Source: Tubulanus polymorphus (lineage: Eukaryota; Animalia; Nemertea). From it: a DNA stretch of 64,000 nucleotides. Positions 53,641 to 64,000 of the stretch are shown piece after piece (the first letter of the stretch is position 1; every line of letters starts with the position of its first letter). Below the pieces are notes generated by a model. That model ran no database searches. It saw only the letters and a list, made by a program, of their open reading frames with translations, and was not told the origin of the DNA. The position numbers and the translations under genes are program-made. The stretch spans positions 16,492,110 to 16,556,109 of the forward strand of contig NC_134030.1 in the NCBI RefSeq assembly GCF_964204645.1. The letters are read 5' to 3'.

Positions 53641-54494
53641 ATGTTCTTGGATTCAGCCTTTCAAATATTTGGTGGTAACGCATTGCAGTATATATCGTTT
53701 ATTAAGGCATTCGAACAGCTGATCGAAACAAGAACGTCAAGTAATACGTCGAGGATGTAGACATGTTCTTTGATTCAGCCTCTCATTTGCACTTCAGGTC
53801 TTGGAAGAGTCAGTGAATTCGAGGTTGCTTCCATGCAATGGAGTTGGTAACTCATTTGAAGCTGTTGAGTCTTCAGCAAATTATAGATTGCTTCATCGTT
53901 GGTATTGGCTATCCGATTCACCTCATCGGTGTCGTTTCTCTCAATCTTCGATGGCTGCCAAGCTGGTGCCTCTGGATCGAGGCCGACGCCTTTAACGTCG
54001 TACCTATTGTAGATATCTTCTTTCGGACAACTGTGTGCGAAGCTTCAGTTGTTGTTCTTCAATTCTGAGTCTTTCTTCCTCTTGCTTCAATACCAATCTT
54101 CGTTATGACAATTGTCTCTCGATCTCTAGAGCAGCAAGTTTTGCTTCTAAACCCTTTTTTCGGGCGGATTCTTCGATCAGCTTCACTTTGACGCCACTAT
54201 TCTAACTGCTCTTACTATGGCTACTGCTTGTATGACTGACTGAGTCGTGAGGTGTGACGAAATCCTGGCGTAAGTCTGCTATCCATCTTTCGGCTCTTCT
54301 GCTGAATAATGAGTAAGCTTCCTCTTCTTTCTCGTAGTATGTTTCGGACAGGTCCTTGTCTTCGTCGCTCTTTAGCAATGAGACGTACACATTCGTAATT
54401 CGGCTGGTTCGTCTTCAGTTGGATTGCCCTCCCCATTCGACGTTATATTGCTACCAGTGTTAAACAATGTTGGATCCTCGGATTCAACATCACT

Positions 54495-56296
54495 ACACAT
54501 CACTACACGCATATCATTGTCCCTTTGCGCAACTTTATGTTTAGTCACTATCCTATAGGGGTACAAGTTCAGATCCTGCACACGACTGCGACCAGCTGAC
54601 CCTTGGACAGCATCAAAATTGGCTGGTGATCGCGACCTCTTAGGCGACCAGAATGAGAGGCTCTGTTACCAGTAGCATTCAAGTTTAAGACTGTCCCCTG
54701 GGCCCTGAATTTGTTGACCCATCTGTACATGACTCTGTTTGCTGGATAATGACGACATCCGAATCGTCTTTTGAACAGGAGATAAGTGAAATGAATGCAA
54801 AATATACACCGATGAAAATATACTCATTGGCCCTATCTGGCTATATTATGGTGTGAAGCAATGAAGACATCGAAAGTTGTTTCACCTTGGAGAGGTATAT
54901 CGGTGGCATTAGAAAGCCTATAGTATTCCTTGTGGGTTTTTACATCATGTCTCAAGTGCCATGGCATCTCAAATGAAGTCAATCATAATATTGAATGAGT
55001 AATCAAATAATTAGCTTCAATGAACTCTATTTTTCGGGTACAGAAAAACATGTGGTTCCCACATGCTGTCATCGGATCAAGAATTTATTGCTATGGTACA
55101 GCCAGGATAAAACATTCCTGTCAGCAACTACGATCTACGAAAATGACTAAACAGGATAAAACATTCCTGTCAGCAACTACGATCTACGAAAATGACTAAA
55201 CAATGAATGACGGAATAACTTCAACTCGGATTTATTATTATTATTTAGGCACTAATTAACGAGTACCGGTTTGTTACAACACAAAAAACTAAATTTACAA
55301 CTAAATTTAGCGGAAAATTGTGATAATTTGTGATAATAACGCCATAGCGTAGTGCTGGCATACGTCGAATACGAGTGAGAGGTTAGAACTGTGCATTTAC
55401 AGAAATGCCCAGAAAATGTATACAGATAGAAGTTCATGGATTACCAAATCTATTTAATTCTACGTGAAGCGAAACGCGAAGAATTTAAGGAAAATACTGA
55501 ATACAAATCCAACACTACTAATACACAACTCTTACAATACCGGTTAAGGAAACACAAATTCAACTTAATACACAGATTCCAACATTCCAATTGCAACTAA
55601 AACGCAATCATTTCAATGGCAACTCAAGGTTTGGTTGCGCATGTGTCCTGGGGCAATTAAACGCATAATGTGCTTTTGACATGCCTTCATAGCATGTTAA
55701 TCGACGGTGAGAGTCTCAGATTGAGTACACCCTAGATGCCACTGACTTGCACAAGACATGCCTCCAAATGCCAAAACTTATATATTGGCTGCGCCATAAT
55801 TAACAAACTAAAATTGGTCAATAAACAAAATTTTCAGTTTTTTGAGGCGACTAATATTATGCATACATACCTGTGAAACAGTGGCAATGTACTTTCTGAG
55901 AGATGTCGAACATATCCTTTCTGGATGACTTATATCTGGACACGATGTCACGATTTCCTTCAGTTCTGAGCTTCCAGTAAATGGAGTAATCGCATTTGGC
56001 CGCGCAAACACATACATGTTTGCTTTCAGGATCCTGACAGCATCTCCCTTTGCATTCAACATATCTATAGACATGATTCTTCCATACGACCGTCTTTGCA
56101 GGCCGTAACTGCAGGAAGTTGAGAAGATCATACGACCATAGGACTTTCTCCACAGGAGTCAACGGATGAAAGTTGACAAGATTCTACCCTAGGACTTTCT
56201 CCACAGGAGTCAACGGATGAAAGTTGACAAGATTTGACCGTACGACCTTCTCTGCATGCGTCAACAGGTAGAAGGTTGGAAGATTCAATCATAAGA
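54495..56296. repeat. Copy B of the ~1.75-kb direct duplication
   Basis: Matches 39794-41534, with small private tandem duplications (~48 bp at ~55100-55200 and ~50 bp at ~56140-56235). Confidence 0.9.
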
Positions 56297-56672
56297 CTGT
56301 TGTTGCAGGACTCACCTGCGGGAGTTTAAGAAGATTCTATCATGCAACTGTTTAATGCGGAAGTTTTCTTGGAATAAACCACCGCGGTTATTATTATATT
56401 TTGTGATCCTGAAAATCCAATGGAAATATGAGTATAAATCTTTAATTGCAGAATGGGATTATTTGATGAAATACAAAGTCAGAATGACCCAGCTAGGCCT
56501 GAGCAAGACCTTGATGACTCTGGCTCCACCTACAAACCCAATCTAGCAACGATTCATCTGATAGGAGGATCCAGGTACTTGGGCTCTGACAACGGATAGA
56601 TGCCAGATTGCCAAGAAAACAAACTTCGTAATTAGTGTCATCATTAAGTATCTAGGCAAACGTAGTCGTTTA

Positions 56673-57064
56673 TTGACTTTAAGATTCTATGAGAACAAAG
56701 CTTTCTCAGACCATAGTAACTAGGCTTGGGAGTCATAAATGGTACAAAGAGAAACATATATTTGAAAAGCTATATTTTTGCAGATCAAATCTATGTCTCC
56801 CATGACATAGTTATTCCTAAAATGAAACTGCCAAATCAAGAAAGTACGTTTTGTAAAAATGAATAATATTGGTTTGCTATACATAGATTTGATCTGCATA
56901 AATATAGCTTTTCAAATATTAGATTTACATTTTTGAAAAATAACATTTTAAAAATCATTTCCTATCTAAGATTATTTTCATTTTTCTCTTTGTACCATTT
57001 ATGACTGCCAAGCCTAGTTAATCTGGTCTGAGAAAGCATTGTTCTCATAGTATCTTAAAGTCAA
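56673..57064. mobile_element. Palindromic MITE
   Basis: TTGACTTTAAGATTCTATGAGAACAAAGCTTTCTCAGACC... is inverted against ...GGTCTGAGAAAGCATTGTTCTCATAGTATCTTAAAGTCAA. Confidence 0.8.
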
Positions 57065-59494
57065 CAAACTACCTCCAAATTAGCTTTCAGATCACTAATA
57101 TGCTTGGCTACTTGTTTCGAAAGACTGTCATCCGGAGTCAGTGATGTGTCGATGGAAAGAGGAATTTCTTTACCAAAAAGAATGTGAAACGGAGGGATTC
57201 CTGTGGATTCGGACGGTGATGACCTGATAGCCATCATTACGCTCGGGAGTATGTCAGCCCAATTCGACTGGTCTTGGTTAATGTAGCATCTGAATATCTG
57301 GCCTAATGTCCTATTTTGCCTCTCTACAGTAGCATTGGTCTGGGGATGATAGCTTGATGTGGTAGAGCGAGTTACCTGAAAGAGTTCGCATATGGAAGAA
57401 ACCAGAGAATTCAAAAATAATCGATCCCGATCAGATACTAAGGATCGAGGCGCGCCGTATCTTGAGAAGATGTCATTATAGAGAACTTAGACCAACTCGG
57501 AAGCTTCCTGCGACTATAATGCAAAACCCTCACACCATCTAGAACAACTATCCACGAGTAAGAAAAAATTGAAAGAGTGGAAAATCTTTGTATTTCTGAA
57601 AATCTTTATAGAGAAGACCATCGTGAATGTGGAAATTCTCAGCCTGAAAATTGTTGGCCAAATGTTTATCCACAGGCAGTCGACGGGTTTCCAAGAAATC
57701 AATCATGGGGGAAACATTCATCACAGTCTCGTTGCGCAGTTTCGAGATCTGCGTCTTGAACAGGTAATACTGTGGTCAAGGCACTTGGCTCATCACACGC
57801 GTAAGTGAATTCCACTTCCAACGTCTTTGCAGGCGAAGTCGCTGCAACGTCGAAAGGAGTGGGAAAATCCTCATGATCATTGTCATCCGTAGTTTCGGGG
57901 TAAACTCGTCGAGAAACACCATCAGCATTTGTTTTTTTCGTACCTGGACGATGTACAATTTTAAGATCGTAGCCCTGTAATTAAGCTGCCTAACGGCCTA
58001 CGCGACTATTTGTGTCCTTAACCTTATGAATATATGACAGGGACTAATGATCAGTGTAGATTGTGAAATGTTTAGCAGCTAAATATTCCCTATAAGCGTC
58101 GATACCTACAACAATAGCAAAACATTCTTTATCTCAAGTATCCCATCGACGTTGTGACTGAGATAGGGATTTACCACCATAACAGATTTCTCGTGACCCT
58201 CGTTATCAGTCTGCGCTAAAATGTACGAAATTGCCGAATCGGAGGCATCGGTACAAAGAAGGAATTCTTTTTTATAATCCGGATACGATAAAATGGGGGG
58301 AGAAATCAAATGTTGTTCAAGGTGTTGTTGGTGTCGGTCCAAACAAATTCCTGGTTTTTCTCAAGGAGACATGTTTTGTTTCGAAGCAATATTAGCACAA
58401 GATTTGACGAAACGCCTGTAAAATCCAGAAACTCCAAGGAAAGCACGAAGATCCCGCTGATTTTTTGGAATAGGAAAGTTTTTGATGACTTCACCTTCGC
58501 AGGGTCCGCCTCGACTCCACTTTTTGAAAAAATATAACCAAGATAGGGAACCTTGTCCATAGAAAATTTACACTTTGATGGTTTCAGTGTCATGTTAGCG
58601 ATGCGCAGTCTGTCAAAAACCATCCTCAACTGCCAAAAAATGGTCCTCGAATGATTTAGAATAAATGAGAATATCATCAATGTACACCAAACAGAATAGC
58701 CAATTGTAACCTCTTAAAACCTCATTCGTGGTCATTTGGAAACTAACAGGACTGTTTTTCAAACCGAAGGGAAGGCGTTTGAACATGTATGCACCGAATT
58801 GGGTAACAAACGTGCTTTTATGTGCTGTGTGAGGGTCCAAACCAATTTGCCAAAAGCAGAGAGTCATATCGAGGGTTGAGAAATACGCTGCACGAGCCTC
58901 TCCGATGGAATCAATTATATCCGTAATTTTTGGTAGCGGAAAAGCCGTGGGTTTGGTCAGTCTATTCAGGGCACGGTAGTCCACTGCAAAGCGGTATTCG
59001 CCTGATTTCTTTTTTACCATAATAACCGGTGATTGAAATGGTGAGTTAGATTGGGTAATGATATCAGCCTTTAACATTTCATCGACCTGTCTATCTTGCT
59101 CAACCCGAATGTGAGGGGGTTGACGATAAGGTCTCTGGGCACAAGGCGGTTTGTCGCCGGTGTCTATAGTATGGGTATACATGTTGGTAGAACCCAGTTC
59201 AGACAGGTTCGTTGAAAACCTATATCTATATTCTGTCAATAGCGTATGGAGAGCTTGCCGTTGGTCGTCAGTCAAGTCCACGTCTGACAAATCGAAATTT
59301 ATGGGATCAGGATTAGAACCTGGTCCATCAGATTCCGGGGCAAACTTTGCTATGTTCCCGATATCGTGTTCTGGCAAAGTAGCGCCGGCCACTGACGTGT
59401 GGCCTATGTCATCTGAAAGGCTGACTATCGGGGTGGACTCATCTAAATGTGATAAATTTGCCAGTACCATACCTCTGGGTATATAAGCCGACAA
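57065..59494 (-). mobile_element. Ty3/Gypsy pol relic (RT, RNase H, integrase)
   Basis: SPFQSPVIMVKKKSGEYRFAVDYRALN, FSTLDM..FWQI, LPFGLKNSP, VYIDDILI; LCTDASDSAI; YGAPRSLVSDRD, TSSYHPQTNATVERQNRT; frameshifted. Confidence 0.9.
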
Positions 59495-60057
59495 TCCCTC
59501 TACAATTTTCTACGTGCCCTTCAGACGGTGTCAAAAACAATTTTTATGTAAAATGAAAAGTAATCCATTCTCAAATGATTAATTCAGGTACCCGGGTGAT
59601 TCATATTTAATTTATTTCTGTCCTTTTTCTAAAGGAAAGTGCCCCTTTTCATGGTGAAAGTGCCCTTTTTCTTGAAATAGATACAAAAATCAAAAATGCT
59701 CGCCACGTCTTGTTTGGATAGGGAACTAGGGATAAGGGTTTTATAGGTTTCATGTCGTCACCTTATAAACATTTTGGCCTATTTTTTTGGTTTCAAGAAA
59801 ATTAAACGGGGACTCCACCTTGAGATTTTTTGTTCGTTTATTGAAAGTTAAACAAATCATTAATTCAATTATGAGTTTCTTTTGATTATCGTATATTGAC
59901 AAGTACATGAAATAAATGATTTTGTAATCTCGCGTGGGTGACCCCATCTTTTTGCACATAGCGATACAGCGTGTAAGCGCAGTTTGCGCAGCTTCAATCT
60001 GGGTTAAGAAGACACCACACGATTTGCGCGATCTATCAGTTGCTGTGGTTCACAATA

Positions 60058-60766
60058 ATGGCGGCCATTAACAAAAGATTATCTTCACCTGAAAGCAACA
60101 ATTATGACAGTTTTTCGGACAGCAGTAGTGATGAGAGCTTAGCTGGGTCCGACGAAATAATACGTGCGAACGATGCAGCAGCAGCAGCTATTCAGCCATT
60201 CACGTATGAACCGCGAGTCAGTCGCTCTTCAGGCAGCAGTACTGACGACGATGATTAAAACCAGTTCATCCCGGTTCCGGGTCAGGATAATGCCCAGCCC
60301 CAGGGAGCAGACCGCACCGGTGATATGTTTTGGTGTCTTTGTGGAAATTGCCAATTAATGCCTACTGAGAGGGAGAGCTTTTGTTGCCGTGAACAATGGG
60401 ACCATTTGCGTGAAAAACTTAATTTAAGCGAGGAACAGAACTGTGTCACTGAATTTGGAGATTTTGAAAATGTTTGTGTCAGTTTTATCACAATCCTGTA
60501 CCCGATAATCCAGCTCCAAACAAGTAAGTAAAAAAGAAACAGTCAAGAGATTCTTAAGTTATCTAGATCAAGAAATATGGTGTTATAAAAGGAATGAAAC
60601 TTTTCAGATCAATGAGACTAGCAGCCAATTCATTCTCTGGATATATGATTGTTTGGGCAAACACAACAGACAAGTGATACCAGCATGTGTTGTAGCAAAA
60701 ATACGTCAAAAATATCCTGGAGATGATGAAGAACATTACGTCGGCTTTAAGTTATTTGATGAATAA
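60058..60766 (+). pseudogene. KolX accessory protein (P2X7 C-terminal-like Cys-rich domain), intron 60524-60607
   Basis: IQPFTYEP..WCLCGNCQLMPTERESFCCRE..CVT..FENVC; after the intron RLAA..WIYDCLGKHNRQVIPACVVAKIRQKYP..YVGFK*; one in-frame stop and frameshifts. Confidence 0.82.
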
Positions 60767-60999
60767 TTCTTATAATCCTTATACATTCTTTGTGTATGAA
60801 ATAAATCCATAAGTAAGTCAACAAGAGTTGTTATTGTTGTTGGATATTCAATGTCAATGGTTTATTATTTCTTATATCTACATGCGGGTGTCGAATTTGA
60901 CTTTAAAAAATACACATCCAAATTTAATTTCATTAATAAAAAGCTTCTATAGGATATTACTCCTTCTTAAAACGAGAAATTCTGTTTTTTACCAACTCT

Positions 61000-62845
61000 T
61001 CTGTATTTGGTCTTGGTACAGGCGCTATTGACAAATGTGCTTTTTCGGGTACAAAAACTACAACAAGAACTAATCTACCACAATTATTTTTTGATGTAAA
61101 TATTCCAACAAATTATTGTGAACGTATTGATATGATTTTTTTTCCATAATGGGACGACAAATCAAATACTTGTTTCTTTTCGTACATTCAAACCTGAACC
61201 GTTTTTTGCCTTTATCAGGCCCTGATTTGATTGTTGCCTGGGAAAGTTCGCTATTATTATTGGGATCTAATGCACTAAGTTGTGATCGCATTATCATGCC
61301 CTTATAGCCAAAGTGTTTTCTTTTTGGCCGGTACTTATTTTGTAGACCATGATAGACCTCAAGTGTCCCTGTATGACAGAATGCACTTAATTTAGCGATA
61401 TGCTTCAAAATTCTTGTATTTAATACAATGGATTTCAAAGATTCAAAGGACTGACAATTTTCCATCATCAACTCTGTTTCTTTTACTTGTTTACGAGTAA
61501 GGCGTCTATGGGCACACTCATGGTACACTGACCCAATTTTTCTATTTTCTATTTCTCAATGTTTATTTACTATATGATGCAGTAACGACACCCATTTCTC
61601 CTTAAGGATTTGGACATCTCCATCAAAACTTGATGCGCACCACCACAAATGATTTATAACCGACTGTTTCGATTTTCCCAACAACTCATTTCCTTTTTGG
61701 TTCAATCTCTTGTTAATCATTTTAAGTATTGATTTAGCAAAATGCCACATATCGAATTGATGACTTATGTGAGAAAACGTATTATTCATCACACTTTCTA
61801 TTTGGATATGCCTGTCAGTGACAATAGAACTAGGATTTATCCCTGCATCTCCAAGGGTTTCATCCCCCTCAAAAATCCTTCCTTCTCCATACCCTGGGAA
61901 TTCTTTACTTCACTTACTTGCACCAACTGAATATCCAATAACTTACAATCTACCGACATGAATGAATAAACATAGTACTCGCGCAATGCCCTGGACTGTC
62001 GCATTGTCCATCCCAGCAAATTTTTAACAGCTTGAATAACAGATAAACGGTTTTCCAGCCAAAATGCATTGGTAAGGGGTGATAAATAAACATCTTGAGC
62101 ATAAAAGTATTTTGTTGAACCAATGATAGGTAAATTCATAAAAGATGCAAAATCTGAAATATTCTGATAAGTGTTACCACTCAATACAATAGCAGCAGGG
62201 AGAATAATATTTCCAATATGTTCTTAGTTTATTAATGGTTGTGAATCCCAGGAAAACTGACAAATTTCAGACGAATCATAGATCCGCTATTAATTCTTTT
62301 TTCAAGCAACAATCGATTAGAATAATTACATTTATCGCACATTAGTAAACTACACATTTCCATTAACTGATTTTCAAATACAACAAACTTTTGTTGCTGG
62401 AGATAGGTTTCACATACATCTTCATTGTCGCTTTCCTCTTCACTCTCTTCTACTGAAAATGATGGGTTAGCAGTATATTCAGTAAATGACAATGAAATTT
62501 CTGATGGATTTTCATCAATACAACACGATTCCGTTCTTTGTTTTTTTGCCTTGCATTGGGAGACTGGCTTAATTGGCGTAGATGTTGTCATAGGTTCATT
62601 ACTAGTAGGCCTTATTGTACGACAATAACTGTGATCCGTACTTAAAGACTGTACGTCGACATATCCGAGCCAAGGTGATGGGTGAGGATTTGAATACGGC
62701 GATAACAGTTCGCACTGAATTCCGACGGATTTTGAAGAACGTTCATGTTTAATATCATCGATAGGCATATAATTCAAACATACAGAAGCACTGATCACTG
62801 GCTCTGCTGAATTAGATTTCGATCCACGATTAGTCGACGTATGGC
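61000..62845 (-). pseudogene. Kolobok DDE transposase, degenerate
   Basis: AIVLSGNTY..F...NL, DG.CDSPGHCA, QLVQVSEVKNSQGMEKEG, IVTDRHIQI, HQFDMWHFAK, INHLWWCA, CHTGTLEVYHG..KRKHF...M..R..L.ALD.N. Confidence 0.85.
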
Positions 62846-63193
62846 AAGAGTAATAGGGAATATCTTGTTTCATACCACAGGTCGAAAGGTCGAGCTCATA
62901 AAAAATGAAAAATATGAAAATAATAACAATTTCTACTTGAATTAGTCGCGAAATTCATAAAAAATGAAAAATAATTCTCACACACTCGAATTTATTTTTC
63001 ATTTTTACTCGCTAGAAAAAAGTGTGAGTAAAGTGTGAGTGAAATAAATTCGAGCGTGTGAGAATTATTTTTAATTTTTTATGAGTTTCACTCCTAATTC
63101 AAGTAGAAATTGTTATTATGTTCATATTTTTCATTTTTTACTCACTCGCCCCTTCAACCTTTGATATGAAACAACATATTCCCTATTACTCTT
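62846..63193. mobile_element. Foldback MITE truncating the Kolobok
   Basis: AAGAGTAATAGGGAATAT... is inverted against ...ATATTCCCTATTACTCTT, with ~150-bp arms. Confidence 0.8.
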
Positions 63194-63310
63194 AAAATAT
63201 TCATATACATGAATAAAATATATATGAATAACATATAAATTGATAGATTATTCAATATAAAAGTGTGAGTGAAATAATTCATATTTAAAACATTGAATAT
63301 TTATATTTGA

Positions 63311-63953
63311 ATGAGTTTTAATAAAAATTTTGTTATAAAAATGAAGAAAGAAGAAGAACCCAACTTTAAAATCGAAATCAATGAAACCAATAAATCATTT
63401 TCACAGTTTAACATTAAAAATTATATTTCAGCAACAAATTTAGTGTCCGCAAGGTATTATAAAATTGAAAATATTACTGTAATTAATCAAATATTATCAA
63501 ATGAAACTAATTACTAAACTAGTAGATACTTTTGATAATGGTGTTAAAAATCCTAAAGTATTCAATACAGTTTTAAAATTATAAGGAATTTTAGATGAAA
63601 ACATAATAAATATTCTTAAAACTCCTTTCAATGAAAGAAATGATGATATAATACTTTCAAAAGATTACAATGATTTGATTAACTTAAGAATCGAATGAAG
63701 ACAATTATATTATTTCAATTTTGATAATAAACAAATTATCTATAATGAAAATTCATCAAATACTGGAATTCAATGTGAATTAGATAATGAAAAATCATTT
63801 AAAGATATTGCAGTTCAATGTAAATTAGATGATGAATTTAGAAAATTCAATCCTAATGAAAAAGTGCATTGTTATTGCGGAGGTAAATATTTAAAATCAC
63901 ATAAATCAAAGCATTATGAAACAATTAAACATAAAAACTGGTGTAAAGTGTAA
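63311..63953 (+). pseudogene. Very AT-rich degenerate coding region ending in a CxC..H..H zinc finger (Polinton- or large DNA virus-like)
   Basis: N/K/I-rich reading frame with stops, ending EKVHCYCGGKYLKSHKSKHYETIKHKNWCKV*. Confidence 0.45.
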
Positions 63954-64000
63954 CAATTCTACATTATAATTATTGAATTGAGTTAAATGATTTAAATATC

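Larger units (their letters stand above)
44040..54485 (-). mobile_element. BEL/Pao LTR retrotransposon, degenerate, circularly permuted with a single internal LTR
   Basis: gag 54440-53760 and 50735-50188 (DUF1759-like, then CCHC knuckles); protease YALLDTGS; RT LRVVFDCSA, ADVESMFHQV, FYVDDML; Pao RNase H LHHFTDA; integrase GVDLFGP, IRSDNGTNF, DUF5641-like tail; PPT at 45717-45729. Confidence 0.92.
59806..62845. mobile_element. Kolobok DNA transposon (convergent KolX and transposase genes), right end lost
   Basis: TTAA|ACGGGGACTCCAC left end at 59802-59818; two convergent coding regions diagnostic of Kolobok. Confidence 0.8.

Noticed and set aside
60040-60766. P2X7 purinoceptor gene
   Set aside because: Only the Cys-rich tail is present, it has a stop and frameshifts, and it is paired with a Kolobok transposase.

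Overview
This is AT-rich eukaryotic DNA, most likely from an invertebrate animal (inferred from its transposon repertoire and GT-AG introns), and it consists mostly of decayed, nested transposable elements. Only one host gene is supportable: the last two coding exons of an ankyrin-repeat/SOCS-box (ASB-like) gene (6081-6417 and 15285-15412, +). Its 8.9-kb intron holds a Gypsy relic interrupted by a DIRS element and by a hAT MITE that itself contains a Harbinger MITE. Other relics are Tigger/pogo, an intron-containing hAT, an intron-containing pogo, a Mutator-like TIR element carrying a USP Cys-box fragment, Helentron-type non-autonomous elements with tandem arrays, CR1-like LINEs, intron-containing Crypton-type tyrosine recombinases, maT mariner, BEL/Pao, Penelope-like ends, a second Gypsy, a Kolobok (KolX plus transposase) and an AT-rich virus/Polinton-like fragment. 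The most unusual structure is a BEL/Pao element in circularly permuted single-LTR form (44040-54485), flanked by a ~1.75-kb direct duplication, with a 1.25-kb triplication at its left junction. No prokaryotic operon, CRISPR array or rRNA gene is present. All family assignments come from motifs recognised by eye, not from database searches.
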